Below, one piece after another: positions 1 to 8,138 of a stretch of 64,000 nucleotides of DNA (its first letter is position 1; every line of letters starts with the position of its first letter). The stretch covers positions 1 to 64,000 of the IMG/VR virus record IMGVR_UViG_3300029825_000005. One strand, given 5' to 3'. The notes beneath the pieces were generated by a model that saw nothing but the letters and a program-made list of their open reading frames with translations, was not told where the DNA came from and made no database searches. The position numbers and the translations under genes were made by a program. The stretch is from an uncultured virus (IMG/VR IMGVR_UViG_3300029825_000005). Taxonomy: Duplodnaviria; Heunggongvirae; Uroviricota; Caudoviricetes.

Positions 1-169
1 GGGCTTGGTGGCTTGCGTTTGTGAAAGGCTATGTCACAAGCGATGAGTTCAGCCAGGCTGACGTTGACACCATTTATTCAGGTGTGAAGGGTTATGAGCC
101 GTACAAGGCTGGCAAACAAATACCTGATAGCCCTGACAAATGGCGTAGAGCATGCCAGCAGGTGACGAA

Positions 170-1453
170 ATGAAATTCGGGTCTTTATTCACCGGCGTTG
201 GTGGTTTTGATTTAGGCTTTGAGCGAGCCGGAATGAAGTGCGAATGGCAGGTAGAGTTTGACAAAAACTGCCAGAATATTTTGAGAAAACATTGGAGCGA
301 AACGGAGTTGTTTGATGATGTCAGAACAGTTGGAAGGCACAACCTCAAGCCAGTCGATGTTATTTGCGGTGGATTCCCGTGCCAGGACGTTTCCATTGCC
401 GGAAAAAGGGCGGGTCTTGCTGGAGAGCGGTCTGGACTATGGAGCGAGTTTGCACGAATTATTGATGAGCTTGAGCCGAAGTGGGTTGTTATCGAAAATG
501 TCCCCGGTCTTTTATCCAGCAACAGAGGACGAGATTTTGCCACCGTCATTCGCTGGTTGGCGGAACGGGGGTATGGCGTGGCGTGGCGGATACTTGACAG
601 TCAATATTTCGGAGTTGCCCAACGACGCCGTCGAGTGTTCATTGTCGGAAGTTTTGGAAACGGAGGTGCAGCCGAAATACTATTTGAGTCCGAAGGCGTG
701 CGCTGGAATACTGAGAAGGGCAGAAAAACGGGGGAAGACGTTGCCGCCACAATTGCAGGAGGCTCTTCAAAGTATAATTCAGACATAACGAGTGGTCAGC
801 AGGATGCTAAAGTGGTTGTGGGGACTTTGCTGGCAAGAGATTATAAAGGTATTGGCAACCAAGATGTCAATGAGGGCAAAGTTGTTGTTATGTCATCCGG
901 TCAAGCGAACGCCGAGATAATGAGTGAGCGCGGTCCTGCGCTCACGGGTCTGCACGAACAGCCGATTGTGGTGCTGAACGATCAAGGCGGCTCTCAGATG
1001 AGCGTGACGGAAAACGTGAGCGCAACTTTGCGCTCACAGGAACACGGGCACCAACCGATTGTTCCCGGCTTTGACTTAGCACAAATAACTTCAAAACTCA
1101 ATTACAGCAATCCAAAAAAAGGTGATCCTCAACCGCCATTGAATACGTTAGGACAAGGGTTTGTGGCTTACGAGAATCATCCAGCAGACTCACGTATAAC
1201 CGAAACTGGCAGTATCAGCCAACAACTTACTTCGAGGATGGGTACGGGCGGGGGCAATGTACCATTAGTTCAAAAATTATCAGAACGGTCAAGTGTACGC
1301 CGACTTACCCCAACCGAATGTGAGCGGTTGCAAGGCTTTCCAGACGGGTGGACGGACGGGCAAGCGGACTCGCATAGGTACAAGCAAATGGGAAACGCTG
1401 TCACGGTGAACGTGGCGGAGTGGATTGGCAAGCGGATTGCGGTGACGAAATGA
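170..1453 (+). CDS. C5 cytosine DNA methyltransferase
   Basis: Motif I SLFTGVGG, IV GGFPCQ, VI ENVPG, VIII QRRRRVF, IX RRLTPTECERLQGFPD, X YKQMGNAV; start ATG taken at 170. Confidence 0.95.
   Translation: MKFGSLFTGVGGFDLGFERAGMKCEWQVEFDKNCQNILRKHWSETELFDDVRTVGRHNLKPVDVICGGFPCQDVSIAGKRAGLAGERSGLWSEFARIIDELEPKWVVIENVPGLLSSNRGRDFATVIRWLAERGYGVAWRILDSQYFGVAQRRRRVFIVGSFGNGGAAEILFESEGVRWNTEKGRKTGEDVAATIAGGSSKYNSDITSGQQDAKVVVGTLLARDYKGIGNQDVNEGKVVVMSSGQANAEIMSERGPALTGLHEQPIVVLNDQGGSQMSVTENVSATLRSQEHGHQPIVPGFDLAQITSKLNYSNPKKGDPQPPLNTLGQGFVAYENHPADSRITETGSISQQLTSRMGTGGGNVPLVQKLSERSSVRRLTPTECERLQGFPDGWTDGQADSHRYKQMGNAVTVNVAEWIGKRIAVTK
312..788 (+). CDS. Nested alternative-frame ORF in the methyltransferase gene (putative beta subunit)
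   Basis: 158-codon ORF in the +1 frame; C-terminus SLSEVLETEVQPKYYLSPKACAGILRRAEKRGK resembles the post-motif-VIII segment of C5 MTases; exact start uncertain. Confidence 0.6.
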   Translation: MMMSEQLEGTTSSQSMLFAVDSRARTFPLPEKGRVLLESGLDYGASLHELLMSLSRSGLLSKMSPVFYPATEDEILPPSFAGWRNGGMAWRGGYLTVNISELPNDAVECSLSEVLETEVQPKYYLSPKACAGILRRAEKRGKTLPPQLQEALQSIIQT

Positions 1454-1632
1454 CCGCCGCTCACATTTGCGCAGATTGCAAGTATTTTCAAACCTCGTTC
1501 ACAGTACCACGAGGGTCGGAACCAAAAGAGATCATATTCGAATGTCAGCAAGGGCACGCGCCGATAGCATGGTTCAACGGCGAGAGTTGCCCGGATTACA
1601 AATCAAAACAATCAGAGTTACAGGAGCAATGA
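1450..1632 (+). CDS. Small Cys-rich hypothetical protein
   Basis: ATGA overlap with the MTase stop; CADC...C...C pattern. Confidence 0.6.
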   Translation: MTAAHICADCKYFQTSFTVPRGSEPKEIIFECQQGHAPIAWFNGESCPDYKSKQSELQEQ

Positions 1633-2183
1633 TGGAATTTAGGAAATTTGGCAAGATCGCAAGATTATCCCGCGAAATAGTAGTTACGGAAAAAATCGAT
1701 GGTACGAACGGCTTAATTGCCATTGGTGAGGACGGTGAGTTTCAAGTTGGCTCTCGTAATCGATGGATTACCCCCGAACAAGATAATTATGGGTTTGCAA
1801 GATGGGCTTACGAACATAAAGACGAATTGATGCAACTGGGAGTAGGCTTTCACTATGGCGAATGGTGGGGACAGGGTATCCAGCGCGGATACGGCTTGAA
1901 AGAAAAGCGGTTCAGCCTGTTCAATACTGCCCGTTGGTATGATGATGCTGTGCGCCCTGCCTGCTGTCACGTTGTACCAGTTTTGTATATCGGCAATTTT
2001 TATACGTTTGCCATCGAGGATATTCTTGAATGTTTGGAATTTGGTGGCAGTGTGGCAGCCCCTGGTTTTATGCAACCAGAAGGTGTTGTTATCTACCACA
2101 CCGCAGGAAACGTCTACTTCAAAAAGACAATCGTAGGGGATGATCAACCGAAATCAATCAATCAAACACAGGAGCAAAAATAA
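1629..2183 (+). CDS. RNA ligase (Rnl2-type adenylation domain)
   Basis: Motif I TEKIDGTN, GEWWG, EGVV and a terminal K motif; AGGAG upstream. Confidence 0.85.
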   Translation: MMEFRKFGKIARLSREIVVTEKIDGTNGLIAIGEDGEFQVGSRNRWITPEQDNYGFARWAYEHKDELMQLGVGFHYGEWWGQGIQRGYGLKEKRFSLFNTARWYDDAVRPACCHVVPVLYIGNFYTFAIEDILECLEFGGSVAAPGFMQPEGVVIYHTAGNVYFKKTIVGDDQPKSINQTQEQK

Positions 2184-2554
2184 TGTTTCAAACACTAATT
2201 TTCGTAGGCAATTTAGGCAGAGACCCAGAACTCAGGTTCACGCCAGGCGGCGATCCCGTCACGACATTCAGCGTAGCAACTTCGCGCAAGTTTGGCGAGA
2301 AAGACGAGACCACCTGGTTTCGCGTGACAGTCTGGAGCAAGCAAGCGGAGTCGTGCAATCAATACCTGCACAAAGGCTCGAAGGTGCTGGTCGAGGGTCG
2401 CTTGAGACCAGACGAAAGTGGCAGTCCAAAAGTGTTCCAGCGCAAGGATGGCACGTGGGGCGCAAGTTACGAGGTAACGGCGGAAACCGTGCGATTTTTG
2501 ACACCGAAGGGCGAAGAAAATGGCGCGGCGGTTGATGAAGAATATCCGTTTTAG
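2183..2554 (+). CDS. ssb: Single-stranded DNA-binding protein
   Basis: GNLGRDPELRFT, WFRVTVW, VLVEGRL and acidic tail DEEYPF. Confidence 0.95.
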   Translation: MFQTLIFVGNLGRDPELRFTPGGDPVTTFSVATSRKFGEKDETTWFRVTVWSKQAESCNQYLHKGSKVLVEGRLRPDESGSPKVFQRKDGTWGASYEVTAETVRFLTPKGEENGAAVDEEYPF

Positions 2555-2563
2555 GGGGATGAG

Positions 2564-3181
2564 ATGAACAAAGACGAGTTGAAAACAATGTTGGAACAGC
2601 ATAGGTTGTGGCTTGAAGACAATAATTCGGGCAAACGGGCTAACCTACAATATGCCGACCTGCAATATGCCGACCTGGAAGGTGCTGACCTGCGAAGTGC
2701 TGACCTGAAATGTGCTGACATGCGAGGTGCTAACCTACAATATGCCGACCTGCAATATGCCGACCTGGAAGGTGCTGACCTGCGAAGTGCTGACCTTGAT
2801 TATTCCAGTCTCCCCCTTTGGTGCGGCAGCAAAGGCATGATAGTTGACCGGCTCATTGCGGCACAAATAGCGGCTCACTTTTGTGCGTTGGTTTGCGATG
2901 ATGCTGACTATCAGGCGGCACGAACCGCAATATTGGGGCTCGCAAGGACGAGCCACAGGGCAGTAGATTTAGGCTTGTTAGGGGAGATTGTCAAAGAATG
3001 TAACGATGTTGCCACTCCAATTGATGTCGCACTTCGTAAGCGCATTGCAGAGTTGGAGGGGAAAATTGACCAACTTACCGCTCATAGTGACATCGAGCGG
3101 CAGGATGATAAGTCGTCTAACGATACACAAACGCAAACAATTGTGTACGGGAAAGAGGATTCGGAGGTGCAGGATGTGTAA
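2564..3181 (+). CDS. Pentapeptide-repeat protein with a chimeric C-terminal extension
   Basis: A(D/N)Lxx repeats, then LPLWCGS domain; paralogous to 31043-31732. Confidence 0.85.
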   Translation: MNKDELKTMLEQHRLWLEDNNSGKRANLQYADLQYADLEGADLRSADLKCADMRGANLQYADLQYADLEGADLRSADLDYSSLPLWCGSKGMIVDRLIAAQIAAHFCALVCDDADYQAARTAILGLARTSHRAVDLGLLGEIVKECNDVATPIDVALRKRIAELEGKIDQLTAHSDIERQDDKSSNDTQTQTIVYGKEDSEVQDV

Positions 3182-3973
3182 TTTTTTTAGTTTTGTAACA
3201 GACCCAGTCAACCACCCAGCGGAGTATTACTTTCTTGACTGGGAATATCGCAAGGCAAACCTCGAAGCGGATGATGCAGACAGTCACTCGCATATCTGCA
3301 AAGAGTTTAACTTGCGTGAGGATGTGTGCAATAAGTACGAATTCAATCCGCTAACGAAGAGGTTCGTGATAGACCAGATCAACAGCAAGCGCGATGACAG
3401 CGAAGCGGCTGAAAAGTGGGCGAACAGGCGGGACTTCAAGANNNNNNNNNNNNNNNNNNNNNNNNNNNNNNNNNNNNNNNNNNNNTTGTCAAGCCGATTA
3501 TCAATCTGCTTAAACTGCCGAAGGTTGAAAAGCCAACGAGCGAACAGATCGGTTGGCTGAAAGAGTGGGCTTCGGTCTTGGATTTGGTCTGGACTTCGGT
3601 CTGGGACACGCTCGGGGCTTCGGTCGGGGATTTGGTCTGGGATTCGGTTAGGGCTTCGGTCGGGGATTCGGTCTTGGATTCGGTTAGGGCTTCGGCATGG
3701 GCTTCGGCATGGGCTTCGGTCGGGGATTCGGTTAGGGCTTCGGTCGGGGATTCGGTTAGGGCTCCGGTCTTTGATTCGGTATTGGCTTCGGCATGGGCGT
3801 ATTTTTCGACCTTTTTCGACATCGGATTTAAAGTCGACTTTTCGCCCGCCATCAAGTTGTGGAAGTCAGGATTAGTGCCATCTTTTGACGGCACGACATG
3901 GCGATTGCACAGTGGCGAGAATGCGGATGTTGTGTTCGAGTGGACACCGGAGGTGACGAATGACCCTTCTTGA
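3174..3973 (+). CDS. Hypothetical protein with SV(W/G/R)(D/A) tetrapeptide repeats; spans an N gap
   Basis: GGAGG-linked ATG at 3174 (MCNFFSF). Frames on the two sides of the Ns differ, probably from a gap-size error; 12-nt repeats at about 3570-3795. Confidence 0.6.
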
Positions 3974-4048
3974 CGTTGTGCTCATAGTTGTTGCGCTTGC
4001 AGGGTTGGTTCAGCTCGTGCGGTGCCTTGCAAGTTTGCGAGGTGATGA

Positions 4049-4369
4049 GTGAGCAAATCCGCACTTGAAGCAGAACTGGCATTGCAGATCAAGGCGTTGG
4101 GCTTGCCAGAGCCGATTCGTGAATATCCGGCGATCAAGGGGCGCAAGTTCCGGTTCGACTTCGCTTGGCTTGAGCACAGGTTGCTGGTTGAAGTGAATGG
4201 CGGAACGTACACGAAGGGCGCTCACTCTACCGGGCGGGGCATCGCGCGAGACTACGAAAAGGCGAACTTAGCTGTGTTGCAGGGTTGGCGCGTGTTGACG
4301 TTTGACGGCAAGGCGGTCAAGTCGGGTGAAGCGGTTGAGACTATCAGGAAGGCGTTGGAGGATAAATGA
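4049..4369 (+). CDS. PD-(D/E)xK endonuclease (DUF559/Vsr-like)
   Basis: FRFDFAW...VEVNGG...H...RDYEK...GWRVL; paralogous to 29881-30237. Confidence 0.8.
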   Translation: MSKSALEAELALQIKALGLPEPIREYPAIKGRKFRFDFAWLEHRLLVEVNGGTYTKGAHSTGRGIARDYEKANLAVLQGWRVLTFDGKAVKSGEAVETIRKALEDK

Positions 4370-4760
4370 AAGTCGAATTGCACTTAGGCGATTGTTTGGA
4401 AGTTATGGCTGAACTGCCAGAGAATAGCGTCGACACTATCCTGACAGGCCCGCCTTACGGGCTCGAATTTATGGGAAAAGATTGGGACAGGGGCGTTCCT
4501 GGAGTTGCGTTCTGGGAACAAGCTCTGCGCGTTGCCAAGCCGGGCGCGATGCTACTCGCTATGGGTGGCACTCGCACATTTCACCGGTTAGTGTGCGCGA
4601 TTGAGGACGCTGGCTGGGAAGCGGCACGACTGGAATGGCGGCGGTAATGGAAGGGCGTGACTTCATCGGGATAGAACTGAATGCCGAATATCTGGAAATT
4701 GCGGAAAAGCGCATAGCAGAGGCGCAGAAGCAACTGAGACTGCCATTGGAGGCTGAATGA
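4366..4760 (+). pseudogene. Internally deleted N4/N6 DNA methyltransferase
   Basis: N-terminus LGDCLEVM...TGPPY (DPPY altered). C-terminus GSGTTGMAAVMEGRDFIGIELNAEY lies in another frame from 4617; the middle is missing. Confidence 0.8.
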
Positions 4761-4930
4761 ACTTGAGCGACTTTATGCTCGATGAGGAATCCTTGCGGAT
4801 ACTCGTCACAGCGGTTCGGGCGATCACAGACAGCCCGGAAGGATATGGCACAATAGAGGTCAATATTGCCAGAAGGCAAGTCAACAGCGTCAAGGTAACA
4901 ACGAGCCTGAAGGCGCATAGAGACGAATAA
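4757..4930 (+). CDS. Small hypothetical protein (57 aa)
   Basis: GGAGG plus ATGA coupling; MNLSDFMLDEESLRILV...GYGTIEVNI; not in the ORF track. Confidence 0.55.
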   Translation: MNLSDFMLDEESLRILVTAVRAITDSPEGYGTIEVNIARRQVNSVKVTTSLKAHRDE

Positions 4931-4984
4931 TTAGCAAGTTATAACTGAATAGCAGTACCAAAGCGTGACTCACGCGGAACATAA

Positions 4985-5033
4985 CCCGGAGTCGCCCCGC
5001 AAAAAAGCGGAGCGGCTTCGGGCCTTTTTATTT
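4985..5033 (+). terminator. Intrinsic terminator
   Basis: GC-rich stem CCCGGAGTCGC...GCGGCTTCGGG followed by CCTTTTTATTT. Confidence 0.65.
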
Positions 5034-5049
5034 AACTTTGGAGGCAAAA

Positions 5050-5289
5050 ATGGAAATTGAAGGTTACGAAATAGACGATTTGTTTGACAGTGAAAGTCTG
5101 GAAAGCATTGAGCGCAAGATTGAGTTCGAGCAATTGCTTGCGCGGCTAAGTGAGCGAGACCGGCGCATTGCGGTGCTTTATGCGTTTGGGCATACGCAGG
5201 AAGAGATTGGGGCGATTGTGGGGCTTACACAGCGCAGAATTGGGCAAATTCTGCAAGAAATTTCTAAAAGTGCTGAACAATGCCACTAA
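5050..5289 (+). CDS. Stand-alone sigma-70 region 4-type HTH regulator
   Basis: LARLSERDRRI...GHTQEEIGAIVGLTQRRIGQI; GGAGG upstream. Confidence 0.8.
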   Translation: MEIEGYEIDDLFDSESLESIERKIEFEQLLARLSERDRRIAVLYAFGHTQEEIGAIVGLTQRRIGQILQEISKSAEQCH

Positions 5290-5309
5290 CTTTATGGAAG
5301 AAGAAATTT

Positions 5310-5579
5310 ATGTGCAAAAAATATTGTGTATGCGGAAAAGAGATTTCACTCAAACGCCAGTTGTGCGGTGAGTGTCTTGACATATATGGCGCTGATTCAA
5401 GAGAATGGCCGGCTTGGTTGCGTTGGCAAATAAGCGACATTCAGAGGGAAATTGATTATGAGCGCAGGCACGACGAGTTTTGGCTGGATGACGAAGACGA
5501 ATTACCGGCTGATTTTGCGGAGCCATTGCGCGGTTGTCGCACTGAAACGCACTTGTACGAAGACAGAAACAAATATTAG
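5310..5579 (+). CDS. Hypothetical zinc-finger protein
   Basis: CVCG...CGEC followed by an acidic C-terminus. Confidence 0.55.
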   Translation: MCKKYCVCGKEISLKRQLCGECLDIYGADSREWPAWLRWQISDIQREIDYERRHDEFWLDDEDELPADFAEPLRGCRTETHLYEDRNKY

Positions 5580-5593
5580 CACTCGGAGGCATT

Positions 5594-5962
5594 ATGGAAT
5601 TTGACGTAACGGTATTAGGCATTGTGATCGGCTTTATGGTACTGGCTAACAGGCTTGTTGCCGCGCTTATCACGCCGGTGTTTGACAAGTATGGCTGGGA
5701 CAAGTTCTGGCTAATGTTCGTGAGTTGGGCTATCGCAGGCGTGCTTGTTTGGCTTGCTGACATCAACCTGTTCGCGGCTTACTTTCCGAGTGACCTGGTT
5801 GGCAAGATTCTGACCGCCATTGTTGCCGGGGGTGGGTCAAACCTCTTACACGATCTTACCGACGCGCCGGATAATCTGGTAGCGGTATTCAACGCGCTTG
5901 AGAGTGAGCCAACCTATTCGCTGGATGAAGTCAAAGAATCAGTAGACAAGGGTAACGGATGA
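5594..5962 (+). CDS. Holin-like membrane protein
   Basis: Three hydrophobic segments; LTAIVAGGGSNLLHDL motif. Confidence 0.65.
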   Translation: MEFDVTVLGIVIGFMVLANRLVAALITPVFDKYGWDKFWLMFVSWAIAGVLVWLADINLFAAYFPSDLVGKILTAIVAGGGSNLLHDLTDAPDNLVAVFNALESEPTYSLDEVKESVDKGNG

Positions 5963-6378
5963 CGGCCGAGTTTTGGACCGCGATATTAGCGGCGTTACTC
6001 GGTGGAGGCGGATTAGGGGCGGTCATTGTCAACGCAATAGCCAGCCGGAAAAAGGTGGCAGCCGATTGTGTTCGGACGCTTTCGGACGCTTATGAGAATC
6101 GAATAGCCGCGTTAGGTACACGCGCTGAACGTCTTGAAAGTAAAGTGGAGTTGTTGGAATCGCAAATCACAAACTTTCGCTCTTTGCTTTCGGATCGGGA
6201 GGCGCAAATTTTGAACTTACAACAGGAAAACGAAGACCTGAAAACACAGGTTGACAAATTGAGCAAGGCTGTCAATAGCAGAGATAGGCGCATCCGTGAG
6301 TTGGAGCGTCAGGTAATCGAGCTGAATGACCGCATCAACGCAATGAACAGCGCGGCTGATTGTGCTGACGAGGCTTGA
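5959..6378 (+). CDS. N-terminal TM plus coiled-coil protein (lysis-associated?)
   Basis: Hydrophobic N-terminus, long heptad region, next to the holin-like gene. Confidence 0.6.
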   Translation: MTAEFWTAILAALLGGGGLGAVIVNAIASRKKVAADCVRTLSDAYENRIAALGTRAERLESKVELLESQITNFRSLLSDREAQILNLQQENEDLKTQVDKLSKAVNSRDRRIRELERQVIELNDRINAMNSAADCADEA

Positions 6379-6396
6379 CCTACGAGGCGGGCGTGA

Positions 6397-6618
6397 ATGC
6401 TTGTGGACTTACGAGCGGATGTTACGGATGACGAGGGTTGTTTGGCAGAGCCGGTAGCAGTCGAGTTTGAAGCAGAGATGCGGCAAGTCAAGTCAATGGC
6501 AGACGGCACGTACAACCTTGTGCTGAATGTGCCGGAGTATTGCTTGCCACAAGTTCAAACGATGATGGGCTGGTTGAAAAGCCTGGTCAAGATCGTTATG
6601 GCTAACGAGGAAGAGTAG
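6397..6618 (+). CDS. Hypothetical protein
   Basis: Fills the gap before the terminase; GAGG upstream. Confidence 0.5.
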   Translation: MLVDLRADVTDDEGCLAEPVAVEFEAEMRQVKSMADGTYNLVLNVPEYCLPQVQTMMGWLKSLVKIVMANEEE

Positions 6619-6637
6619 CCCTGATAGCAGGTAGTTA

Positions 6638-7024
6638 ATGGCAAGACAGCGAGACGAAAAAGGCAGATTTATCAAAGGACATTCTGGCAATCCTACTGGA
6701 CGAATGCCAAAAGAGCGTGAGGTCAAGTTTTACGACTTGACCGTTTCTGCTGTTTCTGAAGAAGACTGGATTGGCATTGTCAAAACAGCGGTTAGGCTGG
6801 CAACAAAAGGCGATGCTCAAGCGCGCAAATGGCTTTCAGACTATTTGATTGGATTACCACAACAAAAGTTGGACTTGACCACAAATGGTGAAAACATCAA
6901 TTCGATTGGGATAACGGGAGTAGATTATCGATCTGCAATTACCAACCTTGCGCCCAGATCAATGGGAGATAGCGGCTCATCCAGCGAAAGTGAAAGTGCT
7001 TTCAATGGGGAGACGGTGGGGTAA
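6638..7024 (+). CDS. terS: Terminase small subunit (phage A)
   Basis: RDEKGRFIKGHSGNPTGR N-terminus; directly upstream of TerL. Confidence 0.7.
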   Translation: MARQRDEKGRFIKGHSGNPTGRMPKEREVKFYDLTVSAVSEEDWIGIVKTAVRLATKGDAQARKWLSDYLIGLPQQKLDLTTNGENINSIGITGVDYRSAITNLAPRSMGDSGSSSESESAFNGETVG

Positions 7025-8126
7025 GACCATATTGGGTGGCGCAATTTCGCTTGCAACAGCTTCACAAGGTGGAAGCGTAGCTTGGATTGTACCTACTTAC
7101 AAAAACGGACGCGCTCTTTGGAGATTCGCTGAAAATGCGGTTGCCCCTTTGCGCAAAGCAAAACTGGCAAGCGTGAACAGAACGGAACGCACAATCGAGT
7201 TTATCAACGGCGGTGTATTTGGGATCCATTCAGCGGATAACGAAGACAGCGTGCGCGGTGAAAGTTTCAACCTGGTTATTTTGGACGAAGCCGCGCGAAT
7301 ATCAGAGACAGCATGGACGAGTGCAATTCAACCTACGCTTGCAGACTTGGATGGTGACGCTATTCTAATCAGCACACCTCGCGGACGTAATTGGTTCTGG
7401 CAGGAATATCAACGCGGCATTAATGACGGTGTTCATCAAAAGTCATGGACAGCACCTTCAAAAGCGAACCCTAACAAACGTATTCAAAAAGCAGCGGAAC
7501 GCGCTAAAGAACGTGTGAACGAATTGACTTATAGACAGGAATGGCTGGGTGAATTTGTTGATGCTGAAGGTTTGGTATTCAGGCGGGTCCAAGAGGCAGC
7601 AATACTCCAGCCGCAAGAGCCGCAACCAGGGCGTAACTACATCGCGGGCGTGGATGTGGCTTCGAGCGTTGACTTCACGGTTGTGAGCGTTATGGATGCG
7701 GAGTCAAAAGAGATGGTCTACATGGATCGCTTCAATCGGGTGGATTATCCGGTGCTGATTGACCGGCTGGCGGCGATCTATGCGCGTTATCACATGCAGT
7801 CTATGGTCGTGGAAGCGAACAGCATAGGCAGGCCGGTTATTGACGAGCTGGTGACGCGCGGCTTGAATATCGTGCCATTTACAACGACTTCAGCAACTAA
7901 GCAAGCAATCATCCAGAGTTTGCAATCAGCCTTTGAAAATGGGCAAATAAAGGTGATAAACGATCCTGTACTGGTTGGAGAGTTGTTGTCATTCGAGGCG
8001 AAACGCAATGCTTCAGGGTCATTCAGTTATAGCGCGCCAGACGGAATGCACGATGACACGGTTATGAGTTTGGCTATCGCGTGGTACGGGTTATCAAGCG
8101 GGTCAATTATTTTATGGATGGATTAG
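6948..8126 (+). CDS. terL: Terminase large subunit (phage A)
   Basis: GRRWGKT Walker A, ILDEAA Walker B, ISTPRG, GVDVA and HDDTV nuclease motifs; start codon uncertain. Confidence 0.95.
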   Translation: MRPDQWEIAAHPAKVKVLSMGRRWGKTILGGAISLATASQGGSVAWIVPTYKNGRALWRFAENAVAPLRKAKLASVNRTERTIEFINGGVFGIHSADNEDSVRGESFNLVILDEAARISETAWTSAIQPTLADLDGDAILISTPRGRNWFWQEYQRGINDGVHQKSWTAPSKANPNKRIQKAAERAKERVNELTYRQEWLGEFVDAEGLVFRRVQEAAILQPQEPQPGRNYIAGVDVASSVDFTVVSVMDAESKEMVYMDRFNRVDYPVLIDRLAAIYARYHMQSMVVEANSIGRPVIDELVTRGLNIVPFTTTSATKQAIIQSLQSAFENGQIKVINDPVLVGELLSFEAKRNASGSFSYSAPDGMHDDTVMSLAIAWYGLSSGSIILWMD

Positions 8127-8138
8127 GGACGGAATAAT

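Noticed and set aside
3442..3485. Apparent frameshift in the gene starting at 3174
   Set aside because: Coincides with the N gap, whose length is only an estimate.
3436..3894. Minus-strand TEALTESP repeat ORF
   Set aside because: Antisense shadow of the SVWDS repeat gene within a plus-strand operon.
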